59,705 bases of DNA from Catajapyx aquilonaris (taxonomy: Eukaryota): positions 62,001 to 121,705 of the forward strand of contig KZ538145.1 of the NCBI GenBank assembly GCA_000934665.2. The letters run 5' to 3'. A program made the position numbers and the translations under genes. This document shows positions 38,723-50,854 of this stretch, in pieces (the first letter of the stretch is position 1; every line of letters begins with the position of its first letter). A model generated the notes under the pieces. It saw only the letters and a list, made by a program, of their open reading frames with translations. It searched no databases and was not told where the DNA came from.

Positions 38723-39600
38723 TAAACGATATTTGACGTCCGAGTCGGTACATGAAACGGTGTACTATTTTCAAGTCAGCACATCTAGACGGCGATGGGC
38801 TACTAAGTCAGTACTGCAGATGGTATTTCTTGGTTTCAAAATACCATCTCCAAATCGGTACATCAAATTGATACATGAATTACAGTATATTGATAGATAT
38901 CTGCCAGTTATATATTTCAGTACACCCAGCCAGATACACATACATGCACGCACCCACACATGAAAGGGAATATAGCCGTGATTAAAACGATGGCTGATTG
39001 CGCTGCAAGTCCAGACTGACCGACCCGCATACTGTGTGCATATGTGTTGTTTTTGCCCGTGATTAATTGGCGCCGCATCACGCCCAGTGATTTACGATAA
39101 TGGCTCCCCTCGTATAGCGTGTGTTCTTACATGGATGGGGACTACTCCGCCGGTGTATAGTATATATATAGGCCTGGGGATGGAGTCGAGCGAAAAAGCT
39201 CTCTTTTTATCGCGAGGGCATTGATGTTGCAGCTGTAAATTAGAACGACGGGGGCGACGGTTTGCGCCGCGTTTGTGGCAAAATGGAGTGCACGGAGTCA
39301 TTCACGGCCCATTTCCCGCCCTCATCACTCCCTTCTTACACTGCACAAGACAACCCCCCCAAAAATACCTACAAAACAGGCCCAAATGCCTATTTTGTCC
39401 AGTTTACAGCACCTGCATCTTACAAGCACACAAGGGAACATCAACACACTCGCTATACTCCACTTTGATCACTTTCAATTAGGGTGGAAGCTTTAATCAT
39501 GCGCAATCAGCAATTACCTAAATATTGCTACTATCTGCAACAATGGGACGTAGACCAGCAGTAATGGTGGAAATGGACAATGCTCCTTATTCGTAATATT

Positions 39601-39835
39601 TTTATTTTGTTGTTTATTTATTTATTTCATACCCCGTGCTAGAGCCCTTGGCTCCCTTAGGGGGGTGGATTACCCCCATTGGATGGGACCAGGGATAAGG
39701 AAGGAAGGAAGGAAGCGCGGGGGACCATGGAACACCACAGAAAACCATGGTCAGGGTCGCCGGCCCCGGGATTCGAACCCAGGACCTCCCGATTAGCAGT
39801 CGGGCTCCTTATCCCCTACACCAACCTGCTTCGGT
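39601..39835 (-). mobile_element. tRNA-derived SINE (family A)
   Basis: Same head and body as the other copies, A-rich tail. 16-bp TSD CCTTATTCRTAATATT (39585-39600 and 39836-39851, 1 mismatch). Confidence 0.9.
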
Positions 39836-41460
39836 CCTTATTCATAATATTCAGACATGTGCGCCAAAATATTAATTTTTTGTATACGGTTCAGTTTCTC
39901 AGCTTTTCCAAAAAAATGCGAGTTAGTCCATTGTTGCAGTAAGCCGTCAATTGCAGGATATCTAAAATAGTCGACAAGTGAGGCGGTATATTACAATGTG
40001 AAGAGCTGCAACCGCAGTATGCAGCAACAAAGAGCGATGGCATTATGTAATAATGCACTACTAATATGGAATTTATGAGCGGTTTTAATACAAAGTGTGC
40101 CGTGGGGCTCATGTACAGTACACAGGTATACGTGCCGCAAATTGATGACAGTCAAAGCCGTTTAATTTTGGTAAGCTGTAAACTGTAAGCCACGCCAGTC
40201 CCGTCTATGAAAATCTGTCTTCATAATATTTTTTTAACAAACTGATCAGCCAAATGAATCTGATTATCTACTTTATTCATATTTTAATTGCAGATTAATT
40301 AACAATATGGTTCATGGAAAAAGAGCTATTTTTTTGCCAACCTTAGCTGGACGTTTGTGTAACTGCATATTTAACAAACCTGGACGGATAATTTTTAAAC
40401 CGTTTTAGTCAGAATAATTCAACACATGTTAGTGTGTAAAAAAGCTGAAAATCAAATAGTATGTGTGATTCGAGTTTTTCCCACACACAAAGGTTCTGTC
40501 GGTTTAATGTTCCGATTTCTTCCCTTGGCAGCTCGGCCATTGTGGCTAGACATTGACGCATGTGGGAAAAATCAGCCAGACCCGACGATTCCTATGCAGA
40601 GGATTGGGTCAGGAAATCGCCAGGGTGAAAACAAGCAGATAAGGAAAAGTTGCACTCGAATCCTCCCAAGTTCCACTTACCACGAGCTGACTCCAGAGAT
40701 TGGCACACAAAAGGCTCCCCGAGTGCCTTTTCCCAACACGTGTACCTTCGCCATAAAGAGAGGTAAAGTACGCTGCAAACTGACTGCTGTTGTTCCGACT
40801 TGGGATTGCCAATAAAAACAGGAATGAAATTTTTTGTGTTTTTCTCTCCTTGTCGATTTGTTCTCCCAAGTTGCTCCAAGCTCGTTGACAGACATATCGA
40901 AAGAAAAGTGTCTTGTACGTAGCCCTTTGGCTATTGGATATCAACACTGCTATTCACGTTTGTCCAGCCTTTCCCCCCCAATTCTATCTCCCCCCATTTT
41001 TTTTTCTTCTTTTTCTCGGCCAATAACTGCGCCTGCCCCCACTTTCTTATTCGCAGCCAGCAGATTAAATCTCGCACATCTCCATCCCCGCCGCAGATAT
41101 GAAATCCTCCTTTTCTTCCCCCACAGTCTGCTCCATATCCCGCACATTCCCTTCGCTTCCCACTTGGCTCTTTCATAGCCAGATTAGTCTCTCCACTTTC
41201 ATTCACCTACCTACCTACCTCGCTTTGGCAAAGCAAGAAAGCAAGCAAGCAAAGCAAAGCATGGGAGGAACCAAGTGCTGCTGCAGCCTCTTTCCTTTAT
41301 ATCATACTATAGACACTTTCGAGCTCTGAACCGCTTCTTGTGTAATCTACCTATATAGGTTACTCGGAGCGGCTTTGCAGGGTGGTCGGGTGTGATTCAG
41401 ACGACATAGGTTGCAAAGGCTACTAAAGGCGGCTACACACGGGCAGGTTGCATCCGCAGT

Positions 41461-41591
41461 TGGAGTCGGAGTTGGGCTCCACCCGCCGATGACCGCGAGG
41501 CGGATGGAGTCGGAGTTGGACTCCACCCGCCGATGACCGCGAGGCGAGTGGAGTCGGAGTTGGACTCCACCCGCCGATGACCGCGAGGCGG
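41461..41591 (+). repeat. 44-bp tandem repeat x3, each unit with an internal hairpin
   Basis: TGGAGTCGGAGTTGGACTCCACCCGCCGATGACCGCGAGGCGGA x3, bracketed by inverted ACGGGCAGGT (41439-41448) and ACCTGCCCGT (41598-41607). Confidence 0.9.
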
Positions 41592-42595
41592 CAGCTGACC
41601 TGCCCGTTTTATCGGGGGGGGAAAATGGTAGTGAGAGTACATTATACAAGAAGAGAATGTAACATTCATTTGATGTGGATTATAAATACCGCAGGTGTGG
41701 ACGTGAGTGGGAATGACCAGAGGTGCGGATATGGCATGGGAGAAACAGCTGGACAGCTGGCCACAACCAAAAATTATTGACTTCCATAATTGAATGACCA
41801 AAATTTACTGTTTAATTCACGACCCCTGCCTTTTTAAATGCAGGCACTCTGCCACAAACACACGATTGAAGCATTAATGAAATCGATATGCATTATGTCC
41901 TGGGACAAAAGCCACGAGGCGGGACGTGTGTGTCACCCAAAATTTACATTCCACGCATGCCCCCACAATGTAATTGAACGGTCGTCGGGTGTTTGCAGGT
42001 GTTGAGATGCATCTCGTAGGATCACCAATACCTTCTCACCTACCCACCATCCGCAAATGAATCTACTTTGGAAAATAAATCGATTTCGTAGCAATCGAGT
42101 CCCCATCAGATGAGACGTAAGCTGGCAGCCGAAGCAATTGTGATGAGATAGTCTTATGATTGCTATCGGCAGAGGGAGAGATAGGAACGATAAGGGGAAA
42201 AAACGAGAGGAAAGGGTGATATAATACTGCATCAGGCGCAGGGTTCGCTCTCCCAATCCTCCCTAGAAATGGCTTGTAATAGACTCATCATATTGTACTT
42301 TGCAGTAAAGACGATTCACTTGGCCCGATCAAATGAAAGCAGCAGGAAAGAATAATGGATGACGGTTCCTCTGCTACAAATTCCCTCTCAGACAAGCCTT
42401 CCTCTTTTTTTTCTACCAATTTTGCCTGTTTACAAAGGAAAGGAGCCAGGCTGCTGCATTTTGAAAGGGAATAAAAGTGACCTCATCAACACTGCAGCAA
42501 ACAAGGTACAAGCCTATAGACTCGCCCGGGAAATAGGAGCCGATATTTTCAGTATTAAATCTATCCCGAGTTGAATTGTAAATTTTCTATACGTG

Positions 42596-42677
42596 CAATG
42601 GTGGAAATTAATGGATATCCACAAGTATTTACATGAACCAAAGGATACTTGTGGATATCCATTAATTTCCACCACTG
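42596..42677. mobile_element. Hairpin mini-element with hAT-like ends
   Basis: 30-bp perfect arms TGGTGGAAATTAATGGATATCCACAAGTAT, 16-nt loop, CA(A/G)TGGTGG termini. No matching 8-bp TSD. Confidence 0.65.
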
Positions 42678-45063
42678 TACTGGTAATGTAATATGACACT
42701 CAATTGAAAAGTCACGTATATGCAGTGTCCCATTAATCAGTGTTAAAATAAACATTGTTGCGCCTTTATTTGAATACCAGTATTTATTCTCCCGTAACTA
42801 GCTGTAACGACCCTGACCAAGTGGCGTTTGAAAATTTGTTTGTGCTCAGCTGTAAATAGTGGAGCTGTCAATACATTTTCATTTATTACCGACGTGCCGG
42901 AATAAGTGGCATATGATGAACAAAACCCCCATTGATTTGACAGTTAACATGCAGAGGTGAAAAAGCGTCGCCCAAATAACAAAAGCGAGACACCTCCTCC
43001 TTTATCCCTCTTTCCATAAGCTGACAGTCGGCCCGTAATGGAAATAACGTCGCTTCTGCCGGTAGGACCTTGCTTGGAAGCTAATAGGCTCTTTGCAATG
43101 GTGGCAGAGCATGAAATGCTTTGAAGAATAAGCGAATGGCACCTATTTCAAATCAGTCAGCCTCGAATGGGTGCTTAACAAGTTTTGCGCGCTCCCAGCA
43201 GAGCCAGCCCGAAGGAAATTTCTATAAGGCCTTCTTGCCACATTTGCATACAAATGTTTCCCTCTTCCTTCTTTCTCTCGCTCATTTTTTTCTCTCTCGC
43301 TTCTTCTTTTTTTTTTTTTTGCATCTTCCTTTCCTCGCAGTGCGAGAGAGGAATTTCAGCTAGAGAAAGTGTTCAGATTAGAAAGATGGAAGGCTAGAGG
43401 GGGGGCGACTGGTGACGCGATTTACTCAGACCGCATATAAGGCATGTGGATTAGCGCGTAAAATGCAAATGGCCGTTTTGGGATTAAGCCCAGTCCGTCC
43501 TCAGCTGACCACCATTTATCGGCAAAGGCACGCTGGAGCCGTCTTGCAATTAGCGCCTGATTACACCCACAGTACGATTGTCAAGTGAATTCAGTCGTAA
43601 TTGCTAGCATGAAATTTCGGACTTTCAGAATAATTTTCGGGGCTTCTGAAAGGCCGGTACGTGCTTAAATATTGTATTGTGCCCCAGCAAGCAGCGCTAA
43701 ATGCGGACGTAGATGGAAGCATACGGTTCCACCCGCGTTCGCATTTAGCGCTGTTTGCCGGGGTACACTGCAATTTTTCCAGCAGTGTACGCAAATTAGG
43801 TAGAAGCAGCCATATATTTTCAAAAGAAAAGCAGTGGTAAAGTCAGATGTTGAGTGTATCGTCTTCTAGCGCGGCAGATATACATTGAGCCTCCCCAACT
43901 CCCGGCAGTTAGAGCCATTGTGCCTAAACTAATAAAGTTAACTGGTGGCGACAGACGATCGGCCTCGTGGGTACACTCCAAACGACTCTTCCGAGCTTCC
44001 CTTCCGCCCCTGCACTTGCACACTCAACAATGTGCCTCGAGAGGCCACGCACAGCTTAGGACCAGACTAGTTGCGACCTACATCTGGGAATACACACGTG
44101 CCTTCTTTTCCTTCTGTTTTTTTTTTCTAACCACCAGCTTTGTGCTGGACCACTGGTCGGCCTTTCATAATTTAATGCCTGTATTTATATACGAAACGTG
44201 CAACACTAACACGCCTACCAAAGAAACCAGAAAAAAACAGGAGAAAATGATATAAAACGACCCAGTTTTGCGTGCATATATTCTGGAGCAGTCTAATTAA
44301 AGATGACAAGGGGAAGACTATGAAAGAAGACAAGTGCGCCTCAACTCCACTTGCAAGAGGATGTATTTCATCCATGGCATCTGAGCAGTTCCACAAAGTT
44401 CCTTCTTTCTCCCTCTTCTCTGGGATCTGTTGTATTACTCAACTTTATAATTAGACAGGAAATTGATTTTGCAGGCTCAAGAGAGACGGAGGCGCACCTC
44501 TCCTTTGTGCCTACCTGTCCTAATAACAAACATGATAAAGGAATTCTCGCCAAGTCAGAAGCCGCTTCTATATCCTTAGCAGCAGGTGTGCATCCAACTC
44601 AGTTTTAGCTCATTACCGCCCAAGAGCACCTTTCACTTTGAACCAATAAACCTGCTCTAAAAATTCCCCTTTCCATCGAGAAGTCGAGTGAATAGGCAAG
44701 TTTTACAGAGTGACACACAAAGGCAAGAGTTTCTACTGAACAAAAGTCCAATAAGAATGCCATCACTTCCCCTCGTTTCTTTTTGTCATTTCCTCTAATG
44801 AAGTGAACCTTACTGGAACATAACTCAACATTCGTATCGACATACTGTGCCAAACTTTTTCTATCTCAGAAGGGGGAAGTTACTGTTTTACACGCGAATG
44901 ACTTTGTATACCTATATGAATCTACACAAAACTCTCAAGGTTTTCAGGCCTTAAGAATGCACTATTCGGCTCTGAGCTTATAAAGAAAACACGTTCAAAC
45001 ATTCTGCACAAGCTCCGTAATTAGGCTATACTGTATAAACCTATAGGCCCATCTGCTGGTATA

Positions 45064-45116
45064 AGGTGAAGTGGGGGAAGTGCACCCGGGGTAAGTGCAC
45101 TTCCCCCACTTCACCT
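45064..45116. mobile_element. 53-bp TA-flanked hairpin MITE
   Basis: TA|AGGTGAAGTGGGGGAAGTGCAC-CCGGGGTAA-GTGCACTTCCCCCACTTCACCT|TA, perfect arms. Confidence 0.75.
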
Positions 45117-45145
45117 TACACATTTATTACAGATACGCTGTATAT

Positions 45146-45387
45146 CAGGGTCACCTACATGAGTGCCTCCCCCACCTAGACAGGGTATTGTCTCTCCGCC
45201 ATATTGGATCTAAATCACATAGGAGCTACATGCAGTGAAAAAAAAATTTGAAAAAAACAAAAACTAATCGCTTGCCAATTCCCTATCCTGCAGCATGGGG
45301 CGGCCATATTGGATCTAGATTGCATAAGGACTACGTGAAGACAATACCCTGGTTAGGGTGGGGGAGGCAACCATGTAGGGGACCCTG
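45146..45387. mobile_element. hAT-type MITE (242 bp)
   Basis: CAGGGTCACCTACATG...CATGTAGGGGACCCTG with imperfect IR extending ~45 bp. Perfect 8-bp TSD CTGTATAT (45138-45145 and 45388-45395). Internal direct repeat GCCATATTGGATCTA. Confidence 0.9.
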
Positions 45388-46585
45388 CTGTATATTACTT
45401 TAAAACCGCAACTATACTCACACAAAGTCCACACATTTTTTTTCTGGGTTGTGCTATTTATTAATTGCTTACGATTCAAGTGCACAGAAAATGGATATTA
45501 TTCCACTCGAACTTTTTTGATATTTTGAAATAGCTGTTTCCAACTGTCGGCCACTGAGGAATAACAGCCATTTTCGATCTGAAATAACACTTACTACCCA
45601 GGAGCAAAAACGGTGTAATACGCTCAAAATGGACCTTTTGGCAGCTTAAGAGCATAGAAATGATCAGGTCTGTCTTGGTCATTTCACCTCGAACGGCCAC
45701 ATATGCATCCAATCCCATTTTTAAGCACCATTTTGCTCTACTGACTACCCCAATTCCTCCAAGCGTCTCCCCAGGAGTACCACAAGGCGGCGTCAAATCC
45801 GTGTGCAAATCAGTTCATCAGAACCCTCATCCTCCACTCACCTCAATGCCACTAATCTTAGAGAGGGTTTCTAGTAGTAGGAGACATAGAAGTTGACAAA
45901 TGTTGGAGCCATGAGAGCCAGTGCATCAAACCGACTGGCCCCCTTATTACCCCTTAATGCCTCCCGGAATTGATCGGCGCACACCTGATGATTAGCCAAA
46001 CTTGGCCTAATTTGCTCCGAATGCATGGAAGGTCAGCGAACGAGCCTGGGTCTCACATAATGAGCACCAGGGTCCCAGCTATGCCCCACAAATTGCCACC
46101 CATAAATCTTGACATCAAGGAACCCCTTCCTCCAACTTTATATTCGTTTTGATTTTCAGCACAGCTCTGTTATCAGTTCCCAACTCGAGTTTAATGGAGC
46201 ATTTGTCGGGTTATGTGCACTTGGACAACCAGTGGCCGGGACCCAATTTCTGTGGAGCCTGCCCTCCTGTTAACAAGGCCCAAGAAAAGCTCCGGAGGGG
46301 CCGCCTCTCACAGACCATAAATCAAATAGTGGGATCCACATAGTCCATGCCCGGCATCTACGCTAGTTGGTCAAATGAACTAAGTGCGTGGGAGTTTTCT
46401 ATTTCCAACTGTTCCACTTCTATGTCACCTTTTTCACGACACTTTCTCAATATATTCTTCGTTACCAGGAGTTGCCCATAAAAGTGCTCATATAACTTCC
46501 GTGTATACAAACATATTGAGTTAATTAAAAACATTTCCCGAGGTGTATATCAGAGGTATAGTTTACAAAAATAAAATCAGAAAAA

Positions 46586-46848
46586 TCTATATAAATAAAA
46601 CCGTTTGTGAGTCTGTCTGTCTGTCCGCCCACCAATGCCATCTGTGGTCCTACTCCAAGACCTACAGGCTCTACCGCCTGTATAACGCCAACCTGCCATC
46701 TGTCGTCCACCTCAAACACCTCCAACCTCTCCCGTCCATCCTAAAAGTGTCATGGCGGCTCTCTGTGCGTGAAAATTTTGACTGGGCTACAGGTAGGTGT
46801 TATCCCTTCATTCATTTCTTCCCGGGCAACGCCGGGTGCCGCAGCTAG
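46586..46848 (+). mobile_element. Non-autonomous Helitron (263 bp)
   Basis: A|TCTATATAAATAAAA 5' end, (GTCT)n tract, 3' GC hairpin CCCGGGCAACGCCGGG followed by CTAG|T. No TSD; empty site visible at 47012/47013. Confidence 0.9.
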
Positions 46849-47321
46849 TATGTAATATTTGAGGACATATTTTATTCCAATCGTTCTTATGAACAATGAC
46901 ATGGGGTAATGTTTTTATTTTTCATTGGAATTAATAGTCGGAAAAGGAAAAGAAAATATATGTTCCTAGGTGTATATCAGAGGTATAGTTTACAAAAATA
47001 AAACTAGAAAAATATGTAATATTTGAGGAGATATTTTATGCAATCCGGCCGGGCCCGACAGGACAAATTCCTGGTAACATGTAAAAAAATTAGTCGCATC
47101 TTGGGACAGCCCTGTTTATACACCGAGGCAGTTGCTACACTGTCATTGGACAATGTTATGCAATAATGAGTCAACCCACACGAGAACAATTTTGAGAAAA
47201 ATGGATTTGAATGTCACACCTGTGAAATTAATTCAGTGTCCTTTTCGGTCAGTTATGGCAGAAGTATGCATATTTCGCCAGATTTATTTTAACTGTATGA
47301 ACTACGATCCTTTGGGTATAT

Positions 47322-47576
47322 TGTTTGTTTGTTTGTTTGTTTTGTGATAGGGACACCCTTAGGGGGGGAGCTCTTTCTAGTCATTTCATACCCTCTTAAA
47401 TACCAGACCTTTTCTCTTGGCCCTGAGCAGAGAAGGGCGTGCAATTCGTCCCGGACATGTCAGGTGAAAAGCGGAAAAAGACTCGACCAAGCGAAGGTGA
47501 CGGGTACGGGATTTGAACCCCGGACCTCCGACTTAGGCTGGCCAGTAGCATACCCACTAGACCACCATGCCGCCCT
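47322..47576 (-). mobile_element. tRNA-derived SINE (family B)
   Basis: Minus strand: A-box TGGTCTAGTGG, B-box GGTTCAAATCC, (AAAC)n tail. 14-bp TSD TCCTTTGGRTATAT (47308-47321 and 47577-47590, 1 mismatch). Confidence 0.88.
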
Positions 47577-47648
47577 TCCTTTGGATATATGTTCCTGGGC
47601 TTAACTCAATTGTGACATTTTTGTGGGTTGGCACATTATTGCATAACA

Positions 47649-47851
47649 CCGTCCAATTCATGTACCGACTTGGAGGTGGTATTTTGTGATCAACAAAAAC
47701 CGCTTACAAATCAGTGGTGTAAACGGTATTTGACGTCCCAGTCGGTACATGAAATTTACATGTAATGTACTCTTTTCAAGTCAGTACATCTGGACGATAG
47801 GCTGCATCTCTTGATCACAAAATACCATCTCCAAGCCGGTACATGAATCGG
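47649..47851. mobile_element. MITE, uninterrupted relative of 37962-38885
   Basis: ATTCATGTACCGACTTGGAGGTGGTATTTTGTGATCAA ... TTGATCACAAAATACCATCTCCAAGCCGGTACATGAAT inverted ends. Internal sequence is collinear with both halves of the 37962 element. Confidence 0.8.
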
Positions 47852-49655
47852 TAAGCAATGTCTAGTGTTGTCAGCAAAGAACATAATCTTAGCTGAAAAC
47901 AGTTGCACGTGTTTAATTTACTAATGCAGCTACGAGTGTTTCCCCTTTAGTTCAGAATTATGCCGGCGGCTAGTACGTATTTGGTGTAATTACGCGGCGG
48001 CAGTACCGGCAGAAGAGTCTGGAAAGTAATGAGTGGGCCAGCACAAGTGGCTTAACCTGAGTAGTGACAGGCGAGAAAAACGCAAAGTTGAGCAGCCACC
48101 AAAAAGGACCAGGGCCAACATAATAGTGGAAGATAACGCGCGGAAAATTCGTGGATTTGTCCATAAGCGTGGTGCAAATGACCACCACAAAACTGACTAG
48201 CATGTATCACGTACTGTGTACATGAGCTGGGCTGTATACAACGTGGAGGGGGGGGGGGGATGTGCATCGCCACTATTTTCAGAGGGCAAGGATTTGCATT
48301 CTGCGGCGGTGGACGCTATGCAAGCATTATATTTTGGCTCCAGTGTGTGCATCCATAAACTGACCCCCTCTTTTTTTTTCAAGTGAAAAATTCCAGGCTT
48401 GCTCAAAATAATCCCCCCCAACCCGTCCTAAAATTCAATATTTGTGCTCGTGAGAATGGGCAAATTATGCCAATTGACAAGAGCATAGCGCTTGTATGAG
48501 CAAACACTAGGAGAAAAAAAAAGAATCTAGTCACATTCCCTTTAACATGAAAAATACCCTGGCAGAAAATCGCCTTTCATTCTCTAATGGAGTGCAGGAA
48601 GGCATTAGCTAGGGCCTTTCAGACGGAACTTTGGGAAACAAAACATTTCAACGGACGCCTTTGTTGGGAGCCTAATTCTTCTACTTTTCTCTCTTCTTGG
48701 CTGGCTCAAGTAGACTATATATAAATAAAAAAAAACACAAACCAAATCATGCTATATACGTGACTTTGGCTAATTAATGAGCAGGATTGGACCTGGCGTT
48801 TTCTGGCACGCGTTGATATGCGATTCCAATAAAGTGGCAACACAGTCAGCGCTAATAATTAATAATTGGAAATTATTAATGCTAGTTTTCCGATGATCCC
48901 TTTGCAGTATTATTGCCAATGCAACGAGCTATCATATCGTCATTGAATGCCCGCTCTGCCGAACAAAAAGGCACAATTCCCAACAATAATTCGGCCTAAC
49001 TCGCGCATGACCACAGGGCTAGATTGACATCCAATTCACTCTTTGCTTCATCGAGCTATACACATGCTGGGTTCGCCAAAATTCACCATTGCATACATAC
49101 TATTTCATCACTCTTCGTTTGTCTACATCCGGATTAAAATTTTTTTTTGTTTCTAGCCATTCAAAAGCTGGTGGAACAAACGGGGTACATTATCCCCAAT
49201 GTAATTCCGTAAGAAGTGCCGAACGATTGTGAAGGAAGAGAATTACAGGTGGGCCATGGCCTCCCAAATCCTCCCTATTAACCCGGATTTAAACGGACCA
49301 TTAATCATTGCTTGCTGATCCACCGCCTCGGAGAAGAGAAGAACCATCCAAGCAGGGGCTGAGAGGCTATTATTTCCCATCTGTTAAGCCTCGCGCCTGC
49401 AGTCCTGATCATCCGACTCTTAATTATTATTCCATGCGCACTACGCACGTCAAAGGTGTCAACATCTGGTGCACTTGACACTCTGGATGCTGCTGCTTCT
49501 CATCGACTCGCTCCTTTCACTCATAATAATATATATGGCTTCCACAAGTCAATCAATTCTGTAAAATTATACAATATTTCTTATATTAATAAGTAGAGTC
49601 CGAATATTAGGCACCAAAAGTCCTTCAAATAGGCACTTAAATAGGCATTTAATAT

Positions 49656-49886
49656 TCCGGGGCCGGCAACTCGGACCGTGGTTTTCTGTGGTTTCCCACG
49701 GTCCTTCCAGGAAAATTCAGGAGTTGCTTCCGTAATTAACAGGCCACAACCGCTTCCTTCCGTCCCTATCCTATCCCAAAAAACGCAGTAAAATGAAAGC
49801 AAAGCGTTCCAGGCAAAACAAAAAAAAACTTCCCCCCTAAAGAGCCGATAGGCTGATATCGGGGTATGAATTAATTAATTAAATTA
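49656..49886 (+). mobile_element. 5'-truncated SINE (family A)
   Basis: Begins just after the B-box (CCGGGGCCGGCAACTC). Full body and 3' CCCCCTAAAGAGCCG...CGGGGTATGAA followed by a (TTAA)n tail. Confidence 0.85.
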
Positions 49887-50546
49887 TTAAATAGGCACTT
49901 ATACAGGCACGAAAAAACCTCAAAATTTGACGTTTTTTCGTGCCTATTAAAGTGCCTATTTGAGGAATAGGCACAAAAATGTTACTTTTTCGGGCATATG
50001 GAGGATAATGTTACAGAAAATTTTTAAAAAGCTAAAATAATTTTATAGGCCAAAAGTATAAATACATCACAAACCAGATCAAAAACCGAATAACAACGAT
50101 TAACTGACAGGAAATCACGAAACTTAGGCAAAAGGCACAAAGTGCAAGCAAGTATCACTTGCTCTGGACTCTACCGCTTATAGCCAGTTTCCACTTGCAC
50201 AATATGTTGCCAAATATTTTTCTACATAAATTTTGCTCCAATCAGAGGAAAATTCAGACAAATAATTGGCATACGCGTCATGGAAACATGATTCGTATTA
50301 ATTCTGAACGATTTTGGTCCTTTCAGGAGCACAAAAAATATTCCGCAAAAAAACCAAACATGCTTCTGAAGGAATAGGTCCACAATAGGCTCAAAAAGTC
50401 CTGAAATGTTCCTTCAAAAAGTTCAAAAACGAAAGGCCAAAAATAATAGGCATGAAAAGTCGCAAAAAGCCAGAATAGGCAAAATAGTTTCTAAAACCAC
50501 GAAATAGGCAATTTAAGGCAACTATAAAACCTACATTTTCCACATC

Positions 50547-50854
50547 ACCGAAGCAGTTTGGTGGAGTGGCCCTTGGGTCCGACTGCTAATCGGGAGGTCC
50601 TAGGTTCGAGCCCCGGGGCCGGCAACTCTAACCGTGGTTTTCTGTGGTTTCCCACGGTCCCTCCAGGAGAATTCCGGTGTTGCTTCCTAATTAAAAAGGC
50701 CAAAGCCGCCTCCTTCCTTCCCTATCCTATCCCAAAAAGCAAAAAGTAAACATGTAAGCAAGAGTTCCAGACAAAACAAAAAATCCCCCCTAAAGAGCCG
50801 AAAAAGGCTGATAACGGGGTAAGATATTATATTATTATATTATTATATTATTAT
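50547..50854 (+). mobile_element. tRNA-derived SINE (family A), full length
   Basis: ACCGAAGCAG 5' end, B-box GGTTCGAGCCC, TTA-rich tail. Perfect 15-bp TSD TACATTTTCCACATC (50532-50546 and 50855-50869). Confidence 0.92.

Larger units (their letters stand above)
37962..38885. mobile_element. TA-flanked Tc1/mariner-pogo-like MITE (outer element of a nest)
   Basis: TA|CTGTAATTCATGTA...TACATGAATTACAG|TA. Its two halves join up in the uninterrupted relative at 47649-47851. Confidence 0.82.

Noticed and set aside
41461..41591. CRISPR-like palindromic repeats
   Set aside because: Units are contiguous with no unique spacers, there are no cas genes, and the context is eukaryotic.
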